Origin: Nemertoderma westbladi
Taxonomy: Eukaryota > Animalia > Xenacoelomorpha
Assembly: GCA_032718475.1 (NCBI GenBank)
Contig: JAUCBJ010007674.1
Coordinates: forward strand, 1 to 64,000
Direction: 5' to 3'
DNA length: 64,000 bases
Below the pieces are notes generated by a model that saw only the letters and a program-made list of their open reading frames with translations, was not told the origin of the DNA and did not search any database. A program made the translations under genes and the position numbers. Positions 37,901-52,900 of the stretch are shown piece after piece; the stretch's first letter is position 1; the number at the start of each line of letters is the position of its first letter.

Positions 37901-40900
37901 ACACAGACACTGGGGTAGTAGTAGACAACAATAGGAGTGTCAAACACAGACACTGGGGTAGTAGTAGATAACAATAGGAGTGTCAAACACAGACACTGAG
38001 GTAGTAGTAGATAACAATAGGAGTGTAAAACACAGACACTGGGGTAGTAGTAGACAACAATAGGAGTGTCAAACACAGACACTGAGGTAGTAGTAGATAA
38101 CAATAGGAGTGTCAAACACAGACACTGGGGTAGTAGTAGACAACAATAGGAGTGAAAACACAGACACTGGGGTAGTAGTAGACAACAATAGGAGTGTCAA
38201 ACACAGACACTGGGGTAGTAGTAGACAACAATAGGAGTGAAAACACAGACACTGGGGTAGTAGTAGACAACAATAGGAGTGTCAAACACAGACACTGAGG
38301 TAGTAGTAGATAACAATAGGAGTGTCAAACACAGACACTGGGGTAGTAGTAGATAACAATAGGAGTGTCAAACACAGACACTGGGGTAGTAGTAGATAAC
38401 AATAGGAGTGTCAAACACAGACACTGGGGTAGTAGTAGACAACAATAGGAGTGAAAACACAGACACTGGGGTAGTAGTAGACAACAATAGGAGTGTCAAA
38501 CACAGACACTGAGGTAGTAGTAGACAACAATAGGAGTGTCAAACACAGACACTGGGGTAGTAGTAGATAACAATAGGAGCGTCAAACACAGACACTGGGG
38601 TAGTAGTAGACAACAATAGGAGTGAAAACACAGACACTGGGGTAGTAGTAGACAACAATAGGAGTGTCAAACACAGACACTGAGGTAGTAGTAGACAACA
38701 ATAGGAGTGAAAACACAGACACTGGGGTAGTAGTAGACAACAATAGGAGTGAAAACACAGACACTGGGGTAGTAGTAGACAACAATAGGAGTGTCAAACA
38801 CAGACACTGAGGTAGTAGTAGATAACAATAGGAGCGTCAAACACAGACACTGGGGTAGTAGTAGACAACAATAGGAGTGTCAAACACAGACACTGAGGTA
38901 GTAGTAGACAACAATAGGAGTGTCAAACACAGACACTGGGGTAGTAGTAGATAACAATAGGAGCGTCAAACACAGACACTGGGGTAGTAGTAGACAACAA
39001 TAGGAGTGAAAACACAGACACTGGGGTAGTAGTAGACAACAATAGGAGTGTCAAACACAGACACTGAGGTAGTAGTAGACAACAATAGGAGTGAAAACAC
39101 AGACACTGGGGTAGTAGTAGACAACAATAGGAGTGAAAACACAGACACTGGGGTAGTAGTAGACAACAATAGGAGTGTCAAACACAGACACTGAGGTAGT
39201 AGTAGATAACAATAGGAGTGTCAAACACAGACACTGGGGTAGTAGTAGATAACAATAGGAGTGTCAAACACAGACACTGAGGTAGTAGTAGATAACAATA
39301 GGAGTGTCAAACACAGACACTGGGGTAGTAGTAGATAACAATAGGAGTGTCAAACACAGACACTGGGGTAGTAGTAGATAACAATAGGAGTGTCAAACAC
39401 AGACACTGGGGTAGTAGTAGACAACAATAGGAGTGAAAACACAGACACTGGGGTAGTAGTAGACAACAATAGGAGTGTCAAACACAGACACTGAGGTAGT
39501 AGTAGACAACAATAGGAGTGTCAAACACAGACACTGGGGTAGTAGTAGATAACAATAGGAGCGTCAAACACAGACACTGGGGTAGTAGTAGACAACAATA
39601 GGAGTGAAAACACAGACACTGGGGTAGTAGTAGACAACAATAGGAGTGTCAAACACAGACACTGAGGTAGTAGTAGACAACAATAGGAGTGAAAACACAG
39701 ACACTGGGGTAGTAGTAGACAACAATAGGAGTGAAAACACAGACACTGGGGTAGTAGTAGACAACAATAGGAGTGTCAAACACAGACACTGAGGTAGTAG
39801 TAGATAACAATAGGAGCGTCAAACACAGACACTGGGGTAGTAGTAGACAACAATAGGAGTGAAAACACAGACACTGGGGTAGTAGTAGACAACAATAGGA
39901 GTGTCAAACACAGACACTGAGGTAGTAGTAGACAACAATAGGAGTGTCAAACACAGACACTGGGGTAGTAGTAGACAACAATAGGAGTGTCAAACACAGA
40001 CACTGGGGTAGTAGTAGACAACAATAGGAGTGTCAAACACAGACACTGGGGTAGTAGTAGACAACAATAGGAGTGAAAACACAGACACTGGGGTAGTAGT
40101 AGACAACAATAGGAGTGTCAAACACAGACACTGGGGTAGTAGTAGACAACAATAGGAGTGAAAACACAGACACTGGGGTAGTAGTAGACAACAATAGGAG
40201 TGTCAAACACAGACACTGAGGTAGTAGTAGACAACAATAGGAGTGTCAAACACAGACACTGGGGTAGTAGTAGACAACAATAGGAGTGAAAACACAGACA
40301 CTGAGGTAGTAGTAGACAACAATAGGAGTGTCAAACACAGACACTGGGGTAGTAGTAGATAACAATAGGAGCGTCAAACACAGACACTGAGGTAGTAGTA
40401 GACAACAATAGGAGTGAAAACACAGACACTGGGGTAGTAGTAGACAACAATAGGAGTGTCAAACACAGACACTGAGGTAGTAGTAGATAACAATAGGAGT
40501 GAAAACACAGACACTGGGGTAGTAGTAGACAACAATAGGAGTGTCAAACACAGACACTGAGGTAGTAGTAGACAACAATAGGAGTGTCAAACACAGACAC
40601 TGAGGTAGTAGTAGACAACAATAGGAGTGTCAAACACAGACACTGGGGTAGTAGTAGACAACAATAGGAGTGTCAAACACAGACACTGGGGTAGTAGTAG
40701 ACAACAATAGGAGTGAAAACACAGACACTGGGGTAGTAGTAGACAACAATAGGAGTGTCAAACACAGACACTGAGGTAGTAGTAGACAACAATAGGAGTG
40801 AAAACACAGACACTGGGGTAGTAGTAGACAACAATAGGAGTGTCAAACACAGACACTGGGGTAGTAGTAGACAACAATAGGAGTGTCAAACACAGACACT

Positions 40901-43900
40901 GAGGTAGTAGTAGATAACAATAGGAGCGTCAAACACAGACACTGGGGTAGTAGTAGACAACAATAGGAGTGAAAACACAGACACTGAGGTAGTAGTAGAC
41001 AACAATAGGAGTGTCAAACACAGACACTGGGGTAGTAGTAGACAACAATAGGAGTGTCAAACACAGACACTGAGGTAGTAGTAGATAACAATAGGAGTGT
41101 CAAACACAGACACTGAGGTAGTAGTAGATAACAATAGGAGCGTCAAACACAGACACTGGGGTAGTAGTAGACAACAATAGGAGTGAAAACACAGACACTG
41201 AGGTAGTAGTAGACAACAATAGGAGTGTCAAACACAGACACTGGGGTAGTAGTAGACAACAATAGGAGTGTCAAACACAGACACTGAGGTAGTAGTAGAT
41301 AACAATAGGAGTGTCAAACACAGACACTGGGGTAGTAGTAGACAACAATAGGAGTGAAAACACAGACATTGGGGTAGTAGTAGACAACAATAGGAGTGTC
41401 AAACACAGACACTGAGGTAGTAGTAGACAACAATAGGAGTGTCAAACACAGACACTGAGGTAGTAGTAGACAACAATAGGAGTGTCAAACACAGACACTG
41501 AGGTAGTAGTAGACAACAATAGGAGTGAAAACACAGACATTGGGGTAGTAGTAGACAACAATAGGAGTGTCAAACACAGACACTGAGGTAGTAGTAGACA
41601 ACAATAGGAGTGAAAACACAGACACTGGGGTAGTAGTAGACAACAATAGGAGTGTCAAACACAGACACTGAGGTAGTAGTAGACAACAATAGGAGTGTCA
41701 AACACAGACACTGAGGTAGTAGTAGACAACAATGGGAGTGAAAACACAGACACTGAGGTAGTAGTAGACAACAATAGGAGTGTCAAACACAGACACTGAG
41801 GTAGTAGTAGATAACAATAGGAGTGTCAAACACAGACACTGGGGTAGTAGTAGACAACAATAGGAGTGTCAAACACAGACACTGAGGTAGTAGTAGATAA
41901 CAATAGGAGTGTCAAACACAGACACTGAGGTAGTAGTAGACAACAATAGGAGTGTCAAACACAGACACTGAGGTAGTAGTAGACAACAATAGGAGTGAAA
42001 ACACAGACACTGAGGTAGTAGTAGACAACAATAGGAGTGTCAAACACAGACACTGAGGTAGTAGTAGACAACAATAGGAGTGTCAAACACAGACACTGAG
42101 GTAGTAGTAGATAACAATAGGAGTGTCAAACACAGACACTGAGGTAGTAGTAGATAACAATAGGAGTGTCAAACACAGACACTGAGGTAGTAGTAGACAA
42201 CAATAGGAGTGTCAAACACAGACACTGAGGTAGTAGTAGACAACAATAGGAGTGAAAACACAGACACTGAGGTAGTAGTAGACAACAATAGGAGTGTCAA
42301 ACACAGACACTGAGGTAGTAGTAGACAACAATAGGAGTGTCAAACACAGACACTGAGGTAGTAGTAGATAACAATAGGAGTGTCAAACACAGACACTGAG
42401 GTAGTAGTAGATAACAATAGGAGTGTCAAACACAGACACTGAGGTAGTAGTAGACAACAATAGGAGTGAAAACACAGACACTGAGGTAGTAGTAGACAAC
42501 AATAGGAGTGTCAAACACAGACACTGGGGTAGTAGTAGACAACAATAGGAGTGAAAACACAGACACTGAGGTAGTAGTAGACAACAATAGGAGTGTCAAA
42601 CACAGACACTGAGGTAGTAGTAGACAACAATAGGAGTGTCAAACACAGACACTGAGGTAGTAGTAGACAACAATAGGAGTGTCAAACACAGACACTGAGG
42701 TAGTAGTAGACAACAATAGGAGTGTCAAACACAGACACTGAGGTAGTAGTAGACAACAATAGGAGTGTCAAACACAGACACTGAGGTAGTAGTAGATAAC
42801 AATAGGAGTGTCAAACACAGACACTGAGGTAGTAGTAGACAACAATAGGAGTGTCAAACACAGACACTGAGGTAGTAGTAGACAACAATAGGAGTGAAAA
42901 CACAGACACTGAGGTAGTAGTAGACAACAATAGGAGTGTCAAACACAGACACTGAGGTAGTAGTAGACAACAATAGGAGTGTCAAACACAGACACTGAGG
43001 TAGTAGTAGATAACAATAGGAGTGTCAAACACAGACACTGAGGTAGTAGTAGATAACAATAGGAGTGTCAAACACAGACACTGAGGTAGTAGTAGACAAC
43101 AATAGGAGTGTCAAACACAGACACTGAGGTAGTAGTAGACAACAATAGGAGTGAAAACACAGACACTGAGGTAGTAGTAGACAACAATAGGAGTGTCAAA
43201 CACAGACACTGAGGTAGTAGTAGACAACAATAGGAGTGTCAAACACAGACACTGAGGTAGTAGTAGATAACAATAGGAGTGTCAAACACAGACACTGAGG
43301 TAGTAGTAGATAACAATAGGAGTGTCAAACACAGACACTGAGGTAGTAGTAGACAACAATAGGAGTGAAAACACAGACACTGAGGTAGTAGTAGACAACA
43401 ATAGGAGTGTCAAACACAGACACTGGGGTAGTAGTAGACAACAATAGGAGTGAAAACACAGACACTGGGGTAGTAGTAGATAACAATAGGAGTGTCAAAC
43501 ACAGAAACTGGGGTAGTAGTAGACAACAATAGGAGTGTCAAACACAGACACTGGGGTAGTAGTAGATAACAATAGGAGTGTCAAACACAGACACTGAGGT
43601 AGTAGTAGATAACAATAGGAGTGTCAAACACAGACACTGAGGTAGTAGTAGACAACAATAGGAGTGTCAAACACAGACACTGAGGTAGTAGTAGACAACA
43701 ATAGGAGTGTCAAACACAGACACTGAGGTAGTAGTAGACAACAATAGGAGTGTCAAACACAGACACTGGGGTAGTAGTAGACAACAATAGGAGTGAAAAC
43801 ACAGACACTGGGGTAGTAGTAGACAACAATAGGAGTGTCAAACACAGACACTGAGGTAGTAGTAGACAACAATAGGAGTGTCAAACACAGACACTGGGGT

Positions 43901-46900
43901 AGTAGTAGACAACAATAGGAGTGAAAACACAGACACTGAGGTAGTAGTAGACAACAATAGGAGTGTCAAACACAGACACTGGGGTAGTAGTAGACAACAA
44001 TAGGAGTGTCAAACACAGACACTGGGGTAGTAGTAGACAACAATAGGAGTGAAAACACAGACACTGGGGTAGTAGTAGACAACAATAGGAGTGTCAAACA
44101 CAGACACTGAGGTAGTAGTAGACAACAATAGGAGTGTCAAACACAGACACTGAGGTAGTAGTAGATAACAATAGGAGTGTCAAACACAGACATTGGGGTA
44201 GTAGTAGACAACAATAGGAGTGTCAAACACAGACACTGGGGTAGTAGTAGACAACAATAGGAGTGAAAACACAGACACTGAGGTAGTAGTAGACAACAAT
44301 AGGAGTGAAAACACAGACACTGAGGTAGTAGTAGATAACAATAGGAGTGTCAAACACAGACACTGAGGTAGTAGTAGATAACAATAGGAGTGTCAAACAC
44401 AGACACTGAGGTAGTAGTAGACAACAATAGGAGTGTCAAACACAGACACTGGGGTAGTAGTAGACAACAATAGGAGTGTCAAACACAGACACTGGGGTAG
44501 TAGTAGACAACAATAGGAGTGAAAACACAGACACTGGGGTAGTAGTAGACAACAATAGGAGTGTCAAACACAGACACTGAGGTAGTAGTAGACAACAATA
44601 GGAGTGTCAAACACAGACACTGGGGTAGTAGTAGACAACAATAGGAGTGAAAACACAGACACTGAGGTAGTAGTAGACACCAATAGGAGTGTCAAACACA
44701 GACACTGAGGTAGTAGTAGATAACAATAGGAGCGTCAAACACAGACACTGGGGTAGTAGTAGACAACAATAGGAGTGAAAACACAGACACTGGGGTAGTA
44801 GTAGACAACAATAGGAGTGTCAAACACATACACTGAGGTAGTAGTAGATAACAATAGGAGCGTCAAACACAGACACTGGGGTAGTAGTAGACAACAATAG
44901 GAGTGAAAACACAGACACTGGGGTAGTAGTAGACAACAATAGGAGTGTCAAACACAGACACTGAGGTAGTAGTAGACAACAATAGGAGTGAAAACACAGA
45001 CACTGAGGTAGTAGTAGACAACAATAGGAGTGTCAAACACAGACACTGGGGTAGTAGTAGACAACAATAGGAGTGAAAACACAGACACTGGGGTAGTAGT
45101 AGACAACAATAGGAGTGTCAAACACAGACACTGAGGTAGTAGTAGATAACAATAGGAGTGTCAAACACAGACACTGGGGTAGTAGTAGACAACAATAGGA
45201 GTGTCAAACACAGACACTGAGGTAGTAGTAGACAACAATAGGAGTGAAAACACAGACACTGGGGTAGTAGTAGACAACAATAGGATTGTCAAACACAGAC
45301 ACTGGGGTAGTAGTAGACAACAATAGGAGTGTCAAACACAGACACTGGGGTAGTAGTAGATAACAATAGGAGTGTCAAACACAGACACTGAGGTAGTAGT
45401 AGACAACAATAGGAGTGTCAAACACAGACACTGGGGTAGTAGTAGATAACAATAGGAGTGTCAAACACAGACACTGGGGTAGTAGTAGACAACAATAGGA
45501 GTGTCAAACACAGACACTGAGGTAGTAGTAGATAACAATAGGAGTGTCAAACACAGACACTTAGGTAGTAGTAGACAACAATAGGAGTGTCAAACACAGA
45601 CACTGAGGTAGTAGTAGACAACAATAGGAGTGTCAAACACAGACACTGGGGTAGTAGTAGATAACAATAGGAGTGAAAACACAGACACTGGGGTAGTAGT
45701 AGACAACAATAGGAGTGTCAAACACAGACACTGGGGTAGTAGTAGACAACAATAGGAGTGTCAAACACAGACACTGAGGTAGTAGTAGATAACAATAGGA
45801 GTGTCAAACACAGACACTTAGGTAGTAGTAGACAACAATAGGAGTGTCAAACACAGACACTTGAGGTAGTAGTAGATAACAATAGGAGTGTCAAACACAG
45901 ACACTGGGGTAGTAGTAGACAACAATAGGAGTGTCAAACACAGACACTGGGGTAGTAGTAGACAACAATAGGAGTGTCAAACACAGACACTGAGGTAGTA
46001 GTAGATAACAATAGGAGTGTCAAACACAGACACTGAGGTAGTAGTAGACAACAATAGGAGTGTCAAACACAGACACTTAGGTAGTAGTAGATAACAATAG
46101 GAGTGTCAAACACAGACACTGGGGTAGTAGTAGATAACAATAGGAGTGTCAAACACAGACACTTAGGTAGTAGTAGACAACAATAGGAGTGTCAAACACA
46201 GACACTGAGGTAGTAGTAGACAACAATAGGAGTGTCAAACACAGACACTGGGGTAGTAGTAGATAACAATAGGAGTGTCAAACACAGACACTTAGGTAGT
46301 AGTAGACAACAATAGGAGTGTCAAACACAGACACTGGGGTAGTAGTAGACAACAATAGGAGTGTCAAACACAGACACTGGGGTAGTAGTAGACAACAATA
46401 GGAGTGTCAAACACAGACACTGGGGTAGTAGTAGACAACAATAGGAGTGTCAAACACAGACACTGAGGTAGTAGTAGACAACAATAGGAGTGTCAAACAC
46501 AGACACTGGGGTAGTAGTAGACAACAATAGGAGTGTCAAACACAGACACTGGGGTAGTAGTAGACAACAATAGGAGTGTCAAACACAGACACTGGGGTAG
46601 TAGTAGACAACAATAGGAGTGTCAAACACAGACACTGAGGTAGTAGTAGATAACAATAGGAGTGTCAAACACAGACACTGGGGTAGTAGTAGACAACAAT
46701 AGGAGTGTCAAACACAGACACTGGGGTAGTAGTAGACAACAATAGGAGTGTCAAACACAGACACTTAGGTAGTAGTAGATAACAATAGGAGTGTCAAACA
46801 CAGACACTGGGGTAGTAGTAGACAACAATAGGAGTGTCAAACACAGACACTGAGGTAGTAGTAGACAACAATAGGAGTGTCAAACACAGACACTGAGGTA

Positions 46901-49900
46901 GTAGTAGATAACAATAGGAGTGTCAAACACAGACACTGGGGTAGTAGTAGACAACAATAGGAGTGTCAAACACAGACACTGAGGTAGTAGTAGATAACAA
47001 TAGGAGTGTCAAACACAGACACTGGGGTAGTAGTAGACAACAATAGGAGTGTCAAACACAGACACTTAGGTAGTAGTAGACAACAATAGGAGTGTCAAAC
47101 ACAGACACTGGGGTAGTAGTAGACAACAATAGGAGTGTCAAACACAGACACTGAGGTAGTAGTAGATAACAATAGGAGTGTCAAACACAGACACTGAGGT
47201 AGTAGTAGACAACAATAGGAGTGTCAAACACAGACACTGGGGTAGTAGTAGACAACAATAGGAGTGTCAAACACAGACACTGGGGTAGTAGTAGACAACA
47301 ATAGGAGTGTCAAACACAGACACTGGGGTAGTAGTAGACAACAATAGGAGTGTCAAACACAGACACTGAGGTAGTAGTAGACAACAATAGGAGTGTCAAA
47401 CACAGACACTGGGGTAGTAGTAGACAACAATAGGAGTGTCAAACACAGACACTTAGGTAGTAGTAGACAACAATAGGAGTGTCAAACACAGACACTGGGG
47501 TAGTAGTAGACAACAATAGGAGTGTCAAACACAGACACTTAGGTAGTAGTAGACAACAATAGGAGTGTCAAACACAGACACTGGGGTAGTAGTAGACAAC
47601 AATAGGAGTGTCAAACACAGACACTGAGGTAGTAGTAGACAACAATAGGAGTGTCAAACACAGACACTGGGGTAGTAGTAGACAACAATAGGAGTGTCAA
47701 ACACAGACACTGGGGTAGTAGTAGACAACAATAGGAGTGTCAAACACAGACACTGAGGTAGTAGTAGATAACAATAGGAGTGAAAACACAGACACTGGGG
47801 TAGTAGTAGACAACAATAGGAGTGTCAAACACAGACACTGGGGTAGTAGTAGACAACAATAGGAGTGTCAAACACAGACACTGGGGTAGTAGTAGACAAC
47901 AATAGGAGTGTCAAACACAGACACTGGGGTAGTAGTAGACAACAATAGGAGTGTCAAACACAGACACTGAGGTAGTAGTAGATAACAATAGGAGTGTCAA
48001 ACACAGACACTGGGGTAGTAGTAGACAACAATAGGAGTGTCAAACACAGACACTGAGGTAGTAGTAGATAACAATAGGAGTGTCAAACACAGACACTGGG
48101 GTAGTAGTAGACAACAATAGGAGTGTCAAACACAGACACTGAGGTCGTAGTAGACAACAATAGGAGTGTCAAACACAGACACTGGGGTAGTAGTAGACAA
48201 CAATAGGAGTGTCAAACACAGACACTGGGGTAGTAGTAGACAACAATAGGAGTGTCAAACACAGACACTGGGGTAGTAGTAGACAACAATAGGAGTGTCA
48301 AACACAGACACTTAGGTAGTAGTAGATAACAATAGGAGTGTCAAACACAGACACTTAGGTAGTAGTAGACAACAATAGGAGTGTCAAACACAGACACTTA
48401 GGTAGTAGTAGATAACAATAGGAGTGTCAAACACAGACACTGAGGTAGTAGTAGACAACAATAGGAGTGTCAAACACAGACACTGGGGTAGTAGTAGACA
48501 ACAATAGGAGTGTCAAACACAGACACTGGGGTAGTAGTAGACAACAATAGGAGTGTCAAACACAGACACTGGGGTAGTAGTAGACAACAATAGGAGTGTC
48601 AAACACAGACACTGAGGTAGTAGTAGACAACAATAGGAGTGTCAAACACAGACACTGGGGTAGTAGTAGACAACAATAGGAGTGTCAAACACAGACACTT
48701 AGGTAGTAGTAGATAACAATAGGAGTGTCAAACACAGACACTGGGGTAGTAGTAGACAACAATAGGAGTGTCAAACACAGACACTTAGGTAGTAGTAGAC
48801 AACAATAGGAGTGTCAAACACAGACACTGGGGTAGTAGTAGACAACAATAGGAGTGTCAAACACAGACACTGAGGTAGTAGTAGACAACAATAGGAGTGT
48901 CAAACACAGACACTGGGGTAGTAGTAGACAACAATAGGAGTGTCAAACACAGACACTGGGGTAGTAGTAGACAACAATAGGAGTGTCAAACACAGACACT
49001 GAGGTAGTAGTAGATAACAATAGGAGTGAAAACACAGACACTGGGGTAGTAGTAGACAACAATAGGAGTGTCAAACACAGACACTGGGGTAGTAGTAGAC
49101 AACAATAGGAGTGTCAAACACAGACACTGGGGTAGTAGTAGACAACAATAGGAGTGTCAAACACAGACACTGGGGTAGTAGTAGACAACAATAGGAGTGT
49201 CAAACACAGACACTGAGGTAGTAGTAGATAACAATAGGAGTGTCAAACACAGACACTGGGGTAGTAGTAGACAACAATAGGAGTGTCAAACACAGACACT
49301 GAGGTAGTAGTAGATAACAATAGGAGTGTCAAACACAGACACTGGGGTAGTAGTAGACAACAATAGGAGTGTCAAACACAGACACTGAGGTCGTAGTAGA
49401 CAACAATAGGAGTGTCAAACACAGACACTGGGGTAGTAGTAGACAACAATAGGAGTGTCAAACACAGACACTGGGGTAGTAGTAGACAACAATAGGAGTG
49501 TCAAACACAGACACTGGGGTAGTAGTAGACAACAATAGGAGTGTCAAACACAGACACTTAGGTAGTAGTAGATAACAATAGGAGTGTCAAACACAGACAC
49601 TGAGGTCGTAGTAGACAACAATAGGAGTGTCAAACACAGACACTGAGGTCGTATTAGACAACAATAGGAGTGTCAAACACAGACACTGAGGTAGTAGTAG
49701 ATAACAATAGGAGTGTCAAACACAGACACTGAGGTAGTAGTAGATAACAATAGGAGTGTCAAACACAGACACTGAGGTAGTAGTAGATAACAATAGGAGT
49801 GTCAAACACAGACATTGGGGTAGTAGTAGACAACAATAGGAGTGTCAAACACAGACACTGGGGTAGTAGTAGACAACAATAGGAGTGTCAAACACAGACA

Positions 49901-52900
49901 CTGGGGTAGTAGTAGACAACAATAGGAGTGTCAAACACAGACACTGGGGTAGTAGTAGACAACAATAGGAGTGTCAAACACAGACACTGAGGTAGTAGTA
50001 GACAACAATAGGAGTGTCAAACACAGACACTGGGGTAGTAGTAGACAACAATAGGAGTGTCAAACACAGACACTGGGGTAGTAGTAGACAACAATAGGAG
50101 TGTCAAACACAGACACTGGGGTAGTAGTAGACAACAATAGGAGTGTCAAACACAGACACTTAGGTAGTAGTAGACAACAATAGGAGTGTCAAACACAGAC
50201 ACTGAGGTCGTATTAGACAACAATAGGAGTGTCAAACACAGACACTGGGGTAGTAGTAGATAACAATAGGAGTGTCAAACACAGACACTGGGGTAGTAGT
50301 AGATAACAATAGGAGTGTCAAACACAGACACTGGGGTAGTAGTAGACAACAATAGGAGTGTCAAACACAGACACTGAGGTAGTAGTAGATAACAATAGGA
50401 GTGTCAAACACAGACACTGGGGTAGTAGTAGACAACAATAGGAGTGTCAAACACAGACACTTAGGTAGTAGTAGACAACAATAGGAGTGTCAAACACAGA
50501 CACTGAGGTCGTATTAGACAACAATAGGAGTGTCAAACACAGACACTGTGGTAGTAGTAGATAACAATAGGAGTGTCAAACACAGACACTTAGGTAGTAG
50601 TAGACAACAATAGGAGTGTCAAACACAGACACTGAGGTAGTAGTAGACAACAATAGGAGTGTCAAACACAGACACTTAGGTAGTAGTAGACAACAATAGG
50701 AGTGTCAAACACAGACACTTAGGTAGTAGTAGACAACAATAGGAGTGTCAAACACAGACACTGAGGTCGTATTAGACAACAATAGGAGTGTCAAACACAG
50801 ACACTGTGGTAGTAGTAGATAACAATAGGAGTGTCAAACACAGACACTTAGGTAGTAGTAGACAACAATAGGAGTGTCAAACACAGACACTGAGGTAGTA
50901 GTAGACAACAATAGGAGTGTCAAACACAGACACTTAGGTAGTAGTAGACAACAATAGGAGTGTCAAACACAGACACTGAGGTAGTAGTAGACAACAATAG
51001 GAGTGTCAAACACAGACACTTAGGTAGTAGTAGACAACAATAGGAGTGTCAAACACAGACACTTAGGTAGTAGTAGACAACAATAGGAGTGTCAAACACA
51101 GACACTGAGGTCGTATTAGACAACAATAGGAGTGTCAAACACAGACACTGTGGTAGTAGTAGATAACAATAGGAGTGTCAAACACAGACACTTAGGTAGT
51201 AGTAGACAACAATAGGAGTGTCAAACACAGACACTTAGGTAGTAGTAGACAACAATAGGAGTGTCAAACACAGACACTGTGGTAGTAGTAGATAACAATA
51301 GGAGTGTCAAACACAGACACTGTGGTAGTAGTAGATAACAATAGGAGTGTCAAACACAGACACTTAGGTAGTAGTAGACAACAATAGGAGTGTCAAACAC
51401 AGACACTTAGGTAGTAGTAGACAACAATAGGAGTGTCAAACACAGACACTGAGGTCGTATTAGACAACAATAGGAGTGTCAAACACAGACACTGTGGTAG
51501 TAGTAGATAACAATAGGAGTGTCAAACACAGACACTTAGGTAGTAGTAGACAACAATAGGAGTGTCAAACACAGACACTGAGGTCGTATTAGACAACAAT
51601 AGGAGTGTCAAACACAGACACTGTGGTAGTAGTAGATAACAATAGGAGTGTCAAACACAGACACTGAGGTAGTAGTAGACAGACAACAATAGGAGTGTCA
51701 AACACAGACACTGAGGTAGTAGTAGACAACAATAGGAGTGTCAAACACAGACACTGAGGTCGTATTAGACAACAATAGGAGTGTCAAACACAGACACTGT
51801 GGTAGTAGTAGATAACAATAGGAGTGTCAAACACAGACACTTAGGTAGTAGTAGACAACAATAGGAGTGTCAAACACAGACACTGAGGTCGTATTAGACA
51901 ACAATAGGAGTGTCAAACACAGACACTGGGGTAGTAGTAGATAACAATAGGAGTGTCAAACACAGACACTGAGGTAGTAGTAAACAACAATAGGAGTGTC
52001 AAACACAGACACTGGGGTAGTAGTAGACAACAATAGGAGTGAAAACACAGACACTGGGGTAGTAGTAGACAACAATAGGAGTGTCAAACACAGACGCCGA
52101 GGTAGTAGTAGACAACAATAGGAGTGTCAAACACAGACACTGGGGTAGTAGTAGACAACAATAGGAGTGTCAAACACAGACACTTAGGTAGTAGTAGACA
52201 ACAATAGGAGTGTCAAACACAGACACTGAGGTAGTAGTAGACAACAATAGGAGTGTCAAACACAGACACTGGGGTAGTAGTAGACAACAATAGGAGTGTC
52301 ACACACAGACACTGAGGTCGTATTAGACAACAATAGGAGTGTCAAACACAGACATTGGGGTAGTAGTAGATAACAATAGGAGTGTCAAACACAGACACTG
52401 GGGTAGTAGTAGACAACAATAGGAGTGTCACACACAGACACTGAGGTCGTATTAGACAACAATAGGAGTGTCAAACACAGACATTGGGGTAGTAGTAGAT
52501 AACAATAGGAGTGTCAAACACAGACACTGGGGTAGTAGTAGACAACAATAGGAGTGTCACACACAGACACTGAGGTCGTATTAGACAACAATAGGAGTGT
52601 CAAACACAGACACTGGGGTAGTAGTAGATAACAATAGGAGTGTCAAACACAGACACTGGGGTAGTAGTAGACAACAATAGGAGTGTCAAACACAGACACT
52701 GAGGTAGTAGTAGACAACAATAGGAGTGTCAAACACAGACACTTAGGTAGTAGTAGACAACAATAGGAGTGTCAAACACAGACACTGAGGTCGTATTAGA
52801 CAACAATAGGAGTGTCAAACACAGACACTGTGGTAGTAGTAGATAACAATAGGAGTGTCAAACACAGACACTGGGGTAGTAGTAGATAACAATAGGAGTG